NCBI GenBank assembly: GCA_043819555.1
Contig: JBDREQ010000009.1
Location: forward strand, 32,001-96,000
DNA length: 64,000 nucleotides
Direction of reading: 5' to 3'
Source: Candidatus Zixiibacteriota bacterium
Lineage (GTDB): Bacteria > Zixibacteria > MSB-5A5 > GN15 > JAAZOE01
The notes beneath the pieces are model-generated. The model ran no database searches. It was not told where the DNA came from and worked only from the letters and a program-made list of their open reading frames with translations. This document shows positions 29,003 through 39,275 of the stretch, piece by piece; within the stretch, counting starts at the first letter, position 1; the number at the start of each line of letters is the position of its first letter. The position numbers and the translations under genes were made by a program.

Positions 29003-29995
29003 ATGCAGGGCGGAATCAAAACAATTTTGGTAACCGGCGCAAACGGATTTATCGGCAGCCGCGTTTGCCGGCTGTTGGCGGCGTCTGGGTATGTAATCAG
29101 AATTATATGTCGGGAGAGTTCTGATTTAACTTTCCTGGATGATATCCCCTATAGTAAGTTTGTCGCCGATATTACCAATCCCGATTCTCTCATTCCAGCG
29201 GTAACTGGCGCCGACTATATTGTCCACCTGGCCGGATTGGTAAAGGCAAAAAAAAGGGACGCATATTTTCAGATTAATCAGCAGGGAACGTTAAACCTCC
29301 TGAATGCCGTCAGAAATCAAAATATCAACCTCACGAGATTTATACTTATTTCTTCTACCGCCGCCTTCGGACCATCATCCGGCAATCCCCGACGCGAAGA
29401 AGATCCTCCTCGACCAGTGACAATTTATGGACAGAGTAAGCTTGCCGCCGAAGAATCGGCAAGGCCGTTTTTTAATTTATTCCCGATTACGATTCTTCGC
29501 CCCCCTGGTGTTTATGGCCCGGGTGATAAGGCTATTTTCCCTTTGTTCGATATTGTTAATAAAGGGATCCGTCCCTATATGGCAGGAGGAAAAAATCGGA
29601 TTCAGATGATTTATGTTGATGACCTGGCCAAAGCCATAAAACGCGCGGTGGAAACGAATACAATATCCGGCCAGGCATATATAATTGCCGATAACCAGGC
29701 GCACACAATTCGGGAAATGCTCGATGAGATAGGCACGCTGCTTAATAAAAAGGGAATTGGAATCTCAATCCCTCTAACGTTTCTTAAGGGTATGGCGTTA
29801 TTTTCCGAATTATTATTTCGGGCGTTGGGACAAGCGCCGCATTTCTCACGGGAAAAAGTCAAAGAACTAACCGCTGATTGGGAATTTGATGTATCCAAAG
29901 CGATGGGTGAACTCGGTTTTGAGGCTCAGACAAATTTCACCCAGGGTGCGCGATTGGCGATTGAATGGTATCGCAAAAAAGGATGGCTAAAATGA
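29003..29995 (+). CDS. NAD-dependent epimerase/dehydratase (extended SDR)
   Basis: TGANGFIG, HLAG, YGQSK, RPPGVYGPGD. Confidence 0.9.
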   Translation: MQGGIKTILVTGANGFIGSRVCRLLAASGYVIRIICRESSDLTFLDDIPYSKFVADITNPDSLIPAVTGADYIVHLAGLVKAKKRDAYFQINQQGTLNLLNAVRNQNINLTRFILISSTAAFGPSSGNPRREEDPPRPVTIYGQSKLAAEESARPFFNLFPITILRPPGVYGPGDKAIFPLFDIVNKGIRPYMAGGKNRIQMIYVDDLAKAIKRAVETNTISGQAYIIADNQAHTIREMLDEIGTLLNKKGIGISIPLTFLKGMALFSELLFRALGQAPHFSREKVKELTADWEFDVSKAMGELGFEAQTNFTQGARLAIEWYRKKGWLK

Positions 29996-30417
29996 TAGGC
30001 TTTAGTTTTGAACTGCTGCTTTATGCGCTTTTGTGCGCGGGGAGTTCGCTTTTAATTGTTGATTATATCTGGTATCTTCTGGAGAAAAAACTGGCATTAC
30101 TTAATAAACTCCCCAAAGAAATTTTGGAAGATGTAAGCATCGGTTACTTTTTTTCCAAATATATAATGCAATTGTTGTTTCTCGTTGCCGTTCCATCAGC
30201 CATTTACAGCTTGTTTTATTTGACTCTTCCCTTTTATGGCGCAAGGGCCGGTATCGCTGTCGCCTTTATTCTCTTTGTTCTGGGAATAGTCCCGTTTACG
30301 ATTTCGCTGATCATGCGTGTAAAATTGCCCCTATCTTATGTATTGTTTCAACTGTCCGGTTTTTTGATAAAGCTGGTTTTAGTGTATGGCATCATTGGCT
30401 ATTTTTATATTCTCTAA
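29992..30417 (+). CDS. Hypothetical integral membrane protein
   Basis: About four hydrophobic segments; ATGA overlap with the upstream stop. Confidence 0.75.
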   Translation: MIGFSFELLLYALLCAGSSLLIVDYIWYLLEKKLALLNKLPKEILEDVSIGYFFSKYIMQLLFLVAVPSAIYSLFYLTLPFYGARAGIAVAFILFVLGIVPFTISLIMRVKLPLSYVLFQLSGFLIKLVLVYGIIGYFYIL

Positions 30418-30426
30418 GGATTAAAT

Positions 30427-31578
30427 TTGAGTATCAGGAAATCTATTCGCAGACATTTTCCCCACACCGGCAGGAAAATTTATTTCAATCCAGCTTCGAA
30501 CGGTCCCCTCCCCATCCCGGCTTTCAAAATCGTGACCGACAGTATTCGCATGGCGAATTTGGCGGCGATCAGAGCGCAGAAAGAATTGTTTTCATCTTTG
30601 GATTCGATACGCAGGAATGCCGCGAAGATATTCGGGTGCCGGCAATCGGAAGCCGGTTTTGGATTCAATACAACTTTTGGAATAAACCTGGCCGCATTTG
30701 GACTGCCTCTTGAGAAAGGGGATGAAATACTTCTCCTCGATGTTGAGTTTCCTGCCAATGTTTATCCCTGGCTCGAACTGCGCAATAGTGGTATGAAGGT
30801 CAATTTTATTAGGAGTCAAAATGGTTTTCTAAATATCGATGATTTGCGAAAAGCCATAACAAAAAACACAAAAGTAATATCGATATCTTTTGTTCAGTTT
30901 TTTAATGGATATAAAAACGATTTGAAAAAAATCGGCGAAATTTGCCGGGAACATAAAATATATTTTGTCGTCGATGCCATTCAGGGGGCCGGGTGCGAGC
31001 CATTGCGGGTGAAAAATTGGGGTGTCGATATCGCTTCAGCCGGAGGTCAAAAATGGCTGTTATCACCGCAAGGTACGGGGATATTTTATGTCTCTGAAAA
31101 AGTTCAGAAATTTCTAAAACCTCCCTGGCGGAGCTGGCTGGGTGTTGACTGGAAAGCCAACTGGACGAATCTTCGCGATTTTAATAAATCATATGTACTG
31201 GGCGCTCAGCAATACGAAATGGGAACGTATCCGGTATCATTGGTGTATGCCCTGGAATGGTCGCTTGATTTTATGGTTAAAATTGGAATTAAGAATATTC
31301 AAAAGCATAACCATTTCCTGATTGATATGTTGATCGATTATCTAAAATCGGAGCCATATTATCAAATTGCGAGTTCGCTGGAGGGTAAGTATCGAAGCTC
31401 AATTCTAAGTTTTAGAGATACCGGTGGCAAAATCGAAAAAATCTACGAGTATCTCACCCGCAAGTCGATTATAACCTCTATGCGTGAAGGATGTATCAGA
31501 GTTTCCGTACATCTGTACAATAATGAATCTGATATAGAGATTCTAATTGATACCTTAAAAAAATGCGTTCCCCATTAA
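30427..31578 (+). CDS. Aminotransferase class V (PLP-dependent)
   Basis: YFNPAS, EFPANVYPW, VDAIQGAG, PLP-lysine GGQKWLLSPQG, RVSVHLYN. Confidence 0.92.
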   Translation: MSIRKSIRRHFPHTGRKIYFNPASNGPLPIPAFKIVTDSIRMANLAAIRAQKELFSSLDSIRRNAAKIFGCRQSEAGFGFNTTFGINLAAFGLPLEKGDEILLLDVEFPANVYPWLELRNSGMKVNFIRSQNGFLNIDDLRKAITKNTKVISISFVQFFNGYKNDLKKIGEICREHKIYFVVDAIQGAGCEPLRVKNWGVDIASAGGQKWLLSPQGTGIFYVSEKVQKFLKPPWRSWLGVDWKANWTNLRDFNKSYVLGAQQYEMGTYPVSLVYALEWSLDFMVKIGIKNIQKHNHFLIDMLIDYLKSEPYYQIASSLEGKYRSSILSFRDTGGKIEKIYEYLTRKSIITSMREGCIRVSVHLYNNESDIEILIDTLKKCVPH

Positions 31579-31600
31579 CATCATAATGTGAGATTGCTGT

Positions 31601-32497
31601 ATGGATCTTCTGGGTGAATTGGCTGCTTTATCAACAGCATTTTGCTGGGCGGGTGGAACGTTGTTATTTACAATCGCCGGACGCAACATTGGTTCTTATA
31701 ATGTCAATAAACTGCGCATACCGGTCGCGGCGATATTTCTCGCGCTGTTTCTCATCTTTGCATATAGTACCCTGTTTCCTACCGGGACTGACACCCGGGC
31801 GATAGTCTATTTGACTTTATCGGGGCTGATTGGTTTGGTCCTCGGTGATACCTGTTATTTCAGATGCCTGGTCATTCTCGGCCCCCGTCATGGAGCTTTG
31901 ATGCAGTCGCTGGCCCCTCCAATGACCGCAATCGCGGCGTTTTTTTTGCTGGGCGAATATTTATCTCTCATGGCAATTGTTGGTATCGGCATTACTTTAT
32001 TCGGCGTCGGCTGGGTATCAACCGACAAGAAAGATTCGCGTATTGATAACCGTGAAGGGTCGAAACTGGTTGGAATCCTAATGGGTATCGGGGGCGCAGC
32101 CGGTCAGGCATTGGGTCTGGTGCTTGCCAAAGAAGGTATGGGAGAATCATTCAATCCTCTATCGGCAACATTTATTCGTATGTTCTCATCAGCAATTATT
32201 ATTTGGATTTTCGCCGGGTTTCGGGGAGAATTAATTTCGACGTTTAGGGCAATTACATCCCGGAAGGTTATATACGCTTTAGTCGGAGCGGCTTTTCTGG
32301 GACCGACGATCGGCGTCTGGATGTCTTTGGTTGCCGTCAAGCATACTCAGGCTGGTATCGCGGCGACGATTATGTCATCATTTCCGGTCGTGGTGATTCT
32401 GCTTGTGATGATATTTTATAAGGAGCGCCCAACTCCTCGCTCGGTGCTGGGCGCGGTAATCGCTGTCATTGGTGTCGCGATGCTGTTTATTGAGTAA
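31601..32497 (+). CDS. DMT/EamA family transporter
   Basis: About ten TM segments in two repeats; GELAAL, LSGLIGLVLGD, FLGPTIG. Confidence 0.9.
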   Translation: MDLLGELAALSTAFCWAGGTLLFTIAGRNIGSYNVNKLRIPVAAIFLALFLIFAYSTLFPTGTDTRAIVYLTLSGLIGLVLGDTCYFRCLVILGPRHGALMQSLAPPMTAIAAFFLLGEYLSLMAIVGIGITLFGVGWVSTDKKDSRIDNREGSKLVGILMGIGGAAGQALGLVLAKEGMGESFNPLSATFIRMFSSAIIIWIFAGFRGELISTFRAITSRKVIYALVGAAFLGPTIGVWMSLVAVKHTQAGIAATIMSSFPVVVILLVMIFYKERPTPRSVLGAVIAVIGVAMLFIE

Positions 32498-32501
32498 TAT
32501 A

Positions 32502-33191
32502 TTAAGTACTTTCGTCCGGCATTTCATCTATATATTTCTTACTCTTTTCTTCTAATTCTATCCAACTAACAACAACATCAATCAGATCTTTTAAATTTTT
32601 AATATCCTTGTCATCCCACTCTCGAATATAATGAGTTTCATCATTACCAATCCATGCGGCACGTTTAGCCATTTCTCTAATTTGCTCATTATTAATATCT
32701 TTAATGCAAGTTCCTAAAAATGAATTACAAATTTTGTCTTTATCACCCGGTTTTTTATGAACCAGATAATCTTTCACCAAAAATTCCAATGATTTACGAA
32801 AGCCCGGCCCGCAAATAGTATCCAGACCATTTTCTTCAGCAATCAAAGATTCATTATATATCCTGGGAAACAATTTGGAAATATTCTTTATTATATCTGA
32901 AAAAATTTTTACTTCAAAATAGCGATTTGTTAAAGTTCTGCTTAAGTGAAAAATATCATCGGTAACTCTATATTTAAAATAATACGCCAGAAATGGAGAA
33001 AAACACTTATTTCTGGGGCATTGAAAAATAATACATATATTACTATTGGAATCACCAAAAGGGGATTCGAATGCATTGATAGGCAATGCATCGATACCTT
33101 TTTTGCAAACTGGGCAAAAATCAGGTTTCTCAGTATAACGTGTACCCTTCGTATTGCCATCTATCTTGTTATATGATATCGAATAAGACAT
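32502..33191 (-). CDS. Zn-ribbon + DUF4145 (HEPN-fold) protein
   Basis: CPVC / CPRNKC; GFRKSLEFLVKDY; RAAWIGNDETHY; AT-rich. Confidence 0.82.
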   Translation of the reverse strand: MSYSISYNKIDGNTKGTRYTEKPDFCPVCKKGIDALPINAFESPFGDSNSNICIIFQCPRNKCFSPFLAYYFKYRVTDDIFHLSRTLTNRYFEVKIFSDIIKNISKLFPRIYNESLIAEENGLDTICGPGFRKSLEFLVKDYLVHKKPGDKDKICNSFLGTCIKDINNEQIREMAKRAAWIGNDETHYIREWDDKDIKNLKDLIDVVVSWIELEEKSKKYIDEMPDEST

Positions 33192-33209
33192 TTAATACCC
33201 CCCAATTAG

Positions 33210-34142
33210 TTAATACTCAGATTTCAACAAATCCCCAAATGCAGCCATCAATTCATCGTTATTGGCTTTGAAGATGTCTCCCTCGCCATCTGGCCCAATT
33301 ATCCACCTTCCTCCTATATCGCGTAGTTCGGCCAGATATTCATTTTTGGGAATATCGTTTTCGCCATCTGCAATAATTAGAAAATTATCAGGATGCAATT
33401 CGGTCGCCATACTGAACTGGTCGGATATATCGGTTTCCTCAATCTCAATTTCATATCCTGATTTTAGTTTCATCCACCACCAGATAAATCCGAGATAGAA
33501 ATCGGGAATTGACAGGTCTTTTCGGGCCACTTCTCTCTTTTGCCAGTCGCGACCATTTATAATTGGTTCTTCAGCGATAACGAAATCAATTCTGTTTTCA
33601 TTTTCCCAAACTCTGAGAGCTGCCGTACCGCCGTGATCTATACCCCAGATAATCAAAGGTTCGACAATTTTATCTTCGAGATAAAGGCGCGAAATAACCG
33701 TCTGAAGATCATTGCCCTCAAAATATCCGCCACTGCAGTATTTGCCTTCACTTTTGCCAAAAGCTCGCTGGTCATAATAGAACACATTCAGTCCTATACT
33801 GGATAGAAGCTGAGCTTTTTCATCTCGAGCGCTCAGGTCATCAGATAACCCATGCAGGAGAATAACCGTTCCATTCGCGGTATCGGGCAACCGAGCGTTA
33901 TTATCTGCCATCGAAGAACGTGGAACATAATTACAGACCAACTTCAGATTATCTTCACTCGTAATTATAAACGATTCTACGTTGAGATTCGAATTGGGCG
34001 TTTCGGTTATTTCTTCTAATTCTGGACGGTTGATAATTTTACCTGATTGAATCAGAGGATAAACCAAAAGAGCCAGAATCGCGACGATGGCGATTACAAT
34101 GGCCATGCTTGCTTTGATAGCTTCTTTTGTCTTTTTTGTCAT
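33210..34142 (-). CDS. Membrane-anchored alpha/beta-hydrolase-fold protein with an atypical nucleophile elbow
   Basis: N-terminal TM; VILLHG, YDQRAFGKSEG; elbow reads WGIDHGG. Confidence 0.8.
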   Translation of the reverse strand: MTKKTKEAIKASMAIVIAIVAILALLVYPLIQSGKIINRPELEEITETPNSNLNVESFIITSEDNLKLVCNYVPRSSMADNNARLPDTANGTVILLHGLSDDLSARDEKAQLLSSIGLNVFYYDQRAFGKSEGKYCSGGYFEGNDLQTVISRLYLEDKIVEPLIIWGIDHGGTAALRVWENENRIDFVIAEEPIINGRDWQKREVARKDLSIPDFYLGFIWWWMKLKSGYEIEIEETDISDQFSMATELHPDNFLIIADGENDIPKNEYLAELRDIGGRWIIGPDGEGDIFKANNDELMAAFGDLLKSEY

Positions 34143-34274
34143 AATCCGATAAATAACAGTCTTACATAGAGATTGGCAATAAAAAATGCGATAAATCCAA
34201 AATTCTTATTTGCCTTTATTATTCGGAATCGCTAACATATTAGGGTAAATTGTATGTGACACCGTTCCGATAAT

Positions 34275-35024
34275 ATGGATATGAAAAAGATTATCAAAAT
34301 ATCATGGATTTTTACGGCCGCAACAATATTGATAGCCGGTTGCGGGGGGCATTTAACAAACCCCGGCGGGGGCGGTGGAGATAGTTATGCTGTCGAGGCC
34401 GTTCTGGTTAAAAGCCTCGAAACCGATTCGGCTTTTATCGAAATTTCACTACACAAAAACAATCAGGTGTTTACCGAAGCGACCATAAGTCTGGCCGGTA
34501 TAGCAATTACAAGCGATTCTACTCATTATTACCGAGCTTATGGAGCAAGTCAAATATTGGCAGGAAACAGCTATCAATTGCTGATTAGCGATTCAGCAAC
34601 CCAAATACTTTCCACTAACATCTCACTGTCCGGCTCGATGGCAATTAATGGCCCTGATGTCAGGAATTTCACCGGCGGCGCCGAGGCGGTTGCGTGGAGC
34701 GGCAGTCTGGGAAGTTCCGGCTACATTTTGGCAACGACTCCTCCGGCGGCATTTTCCGACCTGGACGGGTACGGCGAGTTTACCGGAATTCTATCGGGCA
34801 CAATTCCAGCGGAAACGTTTATGCTTAATTTGACGGATCGGATTGTCGGTACTCACTTGATTTATGTGGCCGCTTATACCGGGGCGCCATTTAACAATGA
34901 AGGCATACCGTTTGATATTCCGACCCTGGGTAATCCCGTCAATAATATTTCGAACGGCAGTGTTTCCGGACGAGTTGCGGGAATCGTTATTTCGTCTCCC
35001 GATTCGATAATTGTGACGAATTGA
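34275..35024 (+). CDS. Hypothetical lipoprotein
   Basis: Lipobox IAGC, Gly-rich linker, beta-rich composition. Confidence 0.8.
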   Translation: MDMKKIIKISWIFTAATILIAGCGGHLTNPGGGGGDSYAVEAVLVKSLETDSAFIEISLHKNNQVFTEATISLAGIAITSDSTHYYRAYGASQILAGNSYQLLISDSATQILSTNISLSGSMAINGPDVRNFTGGAEAVAWSGSLGSSGYILATTPPAAFSDLDGYGEFTGILSGTIPAETFMLNLTDRIVGTHLIYVAAYTGAPFNNEGIPFDIPTLGNPVNNISNGSVSGRVAGIVISSPDSIIVTN

Positions 35025-35950
35025 TGAGCGACAAAACGAGAAAACTTATCAATCATCTGCAACGACTTGAAACCGAAAGCTCCAATCCTAAATCATTGAA
35101 TATCGACCGCCTTCCGGCGGTTGATATTTGTCGTATAATTAATCAGGAAGATCAAACCGTCGCGAGCGCTATCGCCGGACAAATATCCATAATCGCCAAA
35201 ACCGCCGATAAAGTCGCCGATATCATTCGAAACGGCGGTGGCGTATTCTATATTGGAGCGGGAACTTCGGGACGATTGGGAGTGCTTGATGCCGCCGAAA
35301 TACCGCCGACTTTCGGAACCGATCCATCACTTTTTACCGGCGTTATTGCTGGAGGAAGAGATACTCTGGTATTATCAAAAGAAGGAGTCGAAGACGAAAC
35401 TGATCAGGCCAAAATCGATCTGGCAAAATTCAATTTAACAACAAACGATATGTTAATCGGACTGGCCGCCTCGATTAAAACGCCCTATACAATCGCTGGA
35501 ATCAAATATGCCCAAATAGTCGGAGCGGCGACGGCCCTTATAGTTTGCAATGATGCCTGCTCTTTGGAAATCAAACCTGATTTTCTTATTCAGTTAAAAG
35601 TTGGCCCGGAAGTTATAACCGGTTCAACCCGTATGAAATCGGGGACGGCTCAGAAAATGACACTCAATATGATTTCAACTACGGCGATGATTCTTCTCGG
35701 CAAATGCTATGGCAATCTTATGGTCGATTTGAAAGCGACATCGAATAAACTCAAAGCTCGTTCACGCAAAATCCTAATTGAACTTCTTGAAATTGACTAC
35801 GATGAAGCCGATAAATTGCTGGAAGAATCGGGCGGCTCGGTTAAAATAGCGATTGCCATGAGGAGCCTTGGAATAGACGGGGCGGAGGCGGAGAAAAGGC
35901 TCGGACAATCCGGGGGTTTTCTCTGGAAATTGCTTGACCAAAAACAATAA
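35024..35950 (+). CDS. murQ: N-acetylmuramic acid 6-phosphate etherase
   Basis: GAGTSGRLGVLDAAE, GPEVITGSTRMKSGTAQK, GNLMVD. Confidence 0.97.
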   Translation: MSDKTRKLINHLQRLETESSNPKSLNIDRLPAVDICRIINQEDQTVASAIAGQISIIAKTADKVADIIRNGGGVFYIGAGTSGRLGVLDAAEIPPTFGTDPSLFTGVIAGGRDTLVLSKEGVEDETDQAKIDLAKFNLTTNDMLIGLAASIKTPYTIAGIKYAQIVGAATALIVCNDACSLEIKPDFLIQLKVGPEVITGSTRMKSGTAQKMTLNMISTTAMILLGKCYGNLMVDLKATSNKLKARSRKILIELLEIDYDEADKLLEESGGSVKIAIAMRSLGIDGAEAEKRLGQSGGFLWKLLDQKQ

Positions 35951-36064
35951 TCGCAAAACCAGTAATTGTAAAATCTCTTGTCTTTTTGCCGAAAATGGTT
36001 ATATTAATCGACTGTTTTGGGAAAAAGCAGCTTATATGATTGAAACTAAAAAGGTATATAAAAA

Positions 36065-36274
36065 ATGAAACCGAAAATTCATCCCAAATATGAGCCGGCT
36101 ACAATCACCTGCGCCTGCGGATCCGTGATTGAAACCCGTTCGACTTTGAAGGATATCAAAGTGGAAATCTGCTCCACTTGCCATCCGTTTTTCTCCGGCA
36201 AACAAAAACTTGTCGATTCGGCCGGCCGCGTCGAGCGATTTCGTCGGAAATATAAACTGGATAAGAAAAAATAA
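36065..36274 (+). CDS. rpmE: 50S ribosomal protein L31 (Zn-binding type)
   Basis: [28 protein letters not shown]. Confidence 0.98.
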   Translation: MKPKIHPKYEPATITCACGSVIETRSTLKDIKVEICSTCHPFFSGKQKLVDSAGRVERFRRKYKLDKKK

Positions 36275-36319
36275 TAGATTTTTCTTATTTTCCGGTTTAC
36301 TTGGTACGTATTATTCTTA

Positions 36320-36357
36320 CGGTTGGAGATTATTAAATGTAACCTCCAACCGCTTTT
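36320..36357 (+). terminator. Hairpin/terminator after rpmE
   Basis: CGGTTGGAG...CTCCAACCG followed by CTTTT. Confidence 0.6.
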
Positions 36358-36401
36358 ATATTAGTTGTAACTGTTCTTTAATATGAATAGCAGGAGACCT
36401 C

Positions 36402-37379
36402 ATGCCGGATCTGGCAGTAGGCGGACAAGCGGTAATCGAAGGTGTGATGATGAGGTCGGATGATCGCATCGCCACAGCAGTGCGGGTTCCTTCCGGCGAA
36501 ATCAAAGTCAAAACCGATAAATATATTTCCCTGACAAAGCGCAAAAAAATATTGGGCTGGCCGGTTATCCGTGGAGCCGTTTCGTTCATTGAGATGCTGA
36601 TTATCGGCATCAAATCACTCAATTTTTCAGCAGATGTCGCGGTTGCCGAAATCGAGAAAGAAGAAGCCGCCCAAAATGGCGAAGTATATAAAGAAAAAGA
36701 GAAGAAAAAATCGAATACTCTGGTTTTGGCTGGTACGGTGGTATTTGCGCTGGCTTTGGGGATTTTGGTCTTTTTCTTTTTGCCGCTGGCAATTTCCTCC
36801 TTTCTTCAGGTAAAGAAAGATGCCCTTCTCTTCAATATTGTCGCCGGAATTATTCGCGTCATATTTTTTGTAATGTATGTCTGGGGGATATCGTTTATCT
36901 CTGATTTTAGGCGAGTTTTTGCGTATCATGGCGCCGAACATAAATCAATTTTCGCTTTTGAATCGGGCGCCAAAATGTCTGCCGAAGATGTCAGCTCTTA
37001 TCCCCGTCGGCATCCCCGTTGTGGAACCAGCTTCATTCTAATCGTCGCGATTTTCGCCATTCTTATTTATTCCATATCTGATACTATCTACGCAATTGTA
37101 ACCGGCGAAGCCCCCGCGCTCATGACGCGATTCGGAATCCATTTTTCGCTTTTGCCCCTGGTGGCCGGGGCATCATACGAGTTGTTAAAACTGTCTGGTA
37201 GAACCCGCGATTCCAAAATAACCAAGCTTTTGATCGCTCCCGGCTTATGGCTGCAAAATATAACTACCAAAGAACCAACGATTGATCAAATTGAAGTGGC
37301 AATTGTGGCGCTGGAATCAGCCATGAATATTGAGAATTCGGAACTTTCGGTTATACGCGTCCGGGTCCCCGCAACTTAG
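36402..37379 (+). CDS. DUF1385 membrane protein
   Basis: GGQAVIEGVMMR, YHGAEHK, HPRCGTSF, PGLWLQ..TTKEP; typical rpmE-DUF1385-prfA context. Confidence 0.95.
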   Translation: MPDLAVGGQAVIEGVMMRSDDRIATAVRVPSGEIKVKTDKYISLTKRKKILGWPVIRGAVSFIEMLIIGIKSLNFSADVAVAEIEKEEAAQNGEVYKEKEKKKSNTLVLAGTVVFALALGILVFFFLPLAISSFLQVKKDALLFNIVAGIIRVIFFVMYVWGISFISDFRRVFAYHGAEHKSIFAFESGAKMSAEDVSSYPRRHPRCGTSFILIVAIFAILIYSISDTIYAIVTGEAPALMTRFGIHFSLLPLVAGASYELLKLSGRTRDSKITKLLIAPGLWLQNITTKEPTIDQIEVAIVALESAMNIENSELSVIRVRVPAT

Positions 37380-37416
37380 CTGTATCCAAATTTTAATTCC
37401 CAAAAATTAAAACATC

Positions 37417-37445
37417 TTGCGGGACAGGATTATCTTGTCTATATT
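37417..37445 (+). promoter_or_regulatory. Possible sigma70 promoter of prfA
   Basis: TTGCGG-17 nt-TATATT. Confidence 0.45.
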
Positions 37446-37468
37446 TTTTCCATTACCAAGAGGATAAT

Positions 37469-38545
37469 ATGCTGGAATTACTTGATAGAATAGATGAACG
37501 ATATAATGCGGTCGGAAAGGATTTATCTTCGCCGGAGATTCTTGCCAGTCCAGGCAAAATGAAAAGCCTGGCGCGCGAACACCGACATCTGGAAGCGATT
37601 AAAAAAATTGGCGATGAATATCGAAGAATCCTCAAAGATATTCGTGAGGCAGAAGAGATTATTAACGCCAATGAGGATTCCGATTTGATTGAGATGGCAA
37701 CATCCGAGCTGGAAGAAAACGAAGCCCGGCGCAAAGAAATTGAGGAAAAACTGAGAATACTCCTTATTCCCCGCGATCCCAATGATGATAAAAACGTTTT
37801 AGTTGAGATTCGTGCCGGAACCGGCGGCGAGGAGGCGGCTTTATTTGCGGCTGACCTGTACCGCATGTACTCACGATATGCCGAGGATCAGGGATGGAAA
37901 ATAGAACTCTTATCCGGCAACCCGACCGGAATCGGCGGTCTCAAGGAAATCATATTCGGCATCAACGGTGATAACGCTTACTCACTTTTGAAATTTGAAT
38001 CGGGCGTCCATCGAGTCCAGAGAGTGCCTACCACTGAAAGCTCAGGCCGGATTCATACATCGGCGGCGTCGGTGGCGGTACTGCCCGAAGCGGAAGATGT
38101 CGATATTGATATAAAGGAAGCGGAATTAAAAGTCGACGTGTATCGTTCATCCGGCCCGGGCGGGCAATCAGTCAACACAACCGATTCGGCAGTGAGGATC
38201 ACTCATCTTCCGACCGGATTGGTCGTCACCTGCCAGGACGAAAAATCTCAATTGAAAAATAAGACCAAGGCGATGAAAGTTTTGCGCGCGCGTCTTCTTG
38301 ACCAGGCTATTCGAGAGCAACATAATAAAATCGCCGCCGACCGCAAATCAATGGTCGGATCGGGCGACCGCTCGGCCAAGATTCGAACATATAATTTCCC
38401 GCAAGGCCGTGTTACCGACCATCGCATAAATCTAACGTTGTACAAATTGCAGGCCATTCTTGACGGTGATTTGAATGAAATGATTGACGTCTTGCGAAGG
38501 CACGAGCAGGAACATCAACTGGCCGCGGCTGGGATGGCGAAATAA
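37469..38545 (+). CDS. prfA: Peptide chain release factor 1
   Basis: [13 protein letters not shown]1 anticodon motif PxT (VPTTE), GGQ, RTYNFPQ. Confidence 0.98.
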   Translation: MLELLDRIDERYNAVGKDLSSPEILASPGKMKSLAREHRHLEAIKKIGDEYRRILKDIREAEEIINANEDSDLIEMATSELEENEARRKEIEEKLRILLIPRDPNDDKNVLVEIRAGTGGEEAALFAADLYRMYSRYAEDQGWKIELLSGNPTGIGGLKEIIFGINGDNAYSLLKFESGVHRVQRVPTTESSGRIHTSAASVAVLPEAEDVDIDIKEAELKVDVYRSSGPGGQSVNTTDSAVRITHLPTGLVVTCQDEKSQLKNKTKAMKVLRARLLDQAIREQHNKIAADRKSMVGSGDRSAKIRTYNFPQGRVTDHRINLTLYKLQAILDGDLNEMIDVLRRHEQEHQLAAAGMAK

Positions 38546-38583
38546 ATATATTGGCGATTAGGTAAATCCGAGTCATTTCATGT

Positions 38584-38612
38584 GTCGCGACAATTCTCGG
38601 GTTGTCGTTACA
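38584..38612. repeat. Degenerate copy of the RAYT-internal REP
   Basis: 23/29 identity with 8412-8440. Confidence 0.7.
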
Positions 38613-38658
38613 GGCACAGAGTGAATATTGCCGCGACAGCCGAAAACAGGCTTTCGCC

Positions 38659-38780
38659 TGTCATTCCCGAGAGCGAAGCCCTAATGGGCGAAGCGAATCG
38701 GGAATCCATGCGGAGTTATTTGGAGATAAACTGTTGCACTTCAAATGTGAATCCACCTCCCAGCGTGCGCTGGAATGACA
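38659..38780. repeat. 122-bp element with TGTCATTCC...GGAATGACA inverted ends (REP doublet / MITE-like)
   Basis: 9-bp terminal inverted repeats; internal ATTCCCGA...TCGGGAAT and CCAGCG..CGCTGG hairpins. Confidence 0.75.
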
Positions 38781-38945
38781 CCGAGATGGATCTATTTGTG
38801 TAGCGATAACCCTGGGATTGTTTGTTGCTTGTAGAAATAGAGTCCAAAGGCTCCGGCCAAAACCTTTGAATAATCAATCCCGTAAATTGTATATATAGTA
38901 ACATTGATACGGATTGGTCGTATAATATAGAAAAAAGGGTATGTT

Positions 38946-39173
38946 ATGAGAAGATTATATCGTTCAATAGAAGATCGCAAAATCGCTGGGATTTGCGGCG
39001 GGATTGGCGAGATGCTCGAAGTTGATCCGACATTGATACGCCTTATCACAATTGTCCTGGCGATTAGCACCGCCATATTTCCGACGGTAATTGTTTATTT
39101 TGCCAGTTGCCTGTTTATCCCCAACGCCGTCCCCAGAAACACTCATGTCAAAGACGACCCGGCCGCGGGGTAG
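38946..39173 (+). CDS. PspC domain protein
   Basis: RLYRSIEDRKIAGICGGIGE...DPTLIRL, then a TM segment ending IP. Confidence 0.92.
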   Translation: MRRLYRSIEDRKIAGICGGIGEMLEVDPTLIRLITIVLAISTAIFPTVIVYFASCLFIPNAVPRNTHVKDDPAAG

Positions 39174-39275
39174 GTAATATTCCCGCCAAGTAAATATATC
39201 CAGCAGATATACCAAAAATATTCCCCACATCAAGCTTATGGGCCACCCGTTATAAATTTAGGTTAGCGGAAGTCC

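Noticed and set aside
38582..38803. 73-aa ORF after prfA
   Set aside because: Consists of repeat elements (VIPESEA...)
39174..39248. Possible second decayed dockerin fragment (LVYLLDIF) downstream of the SBBP gene
   Set aside because: Needs several frameshifts to align; too weak to support
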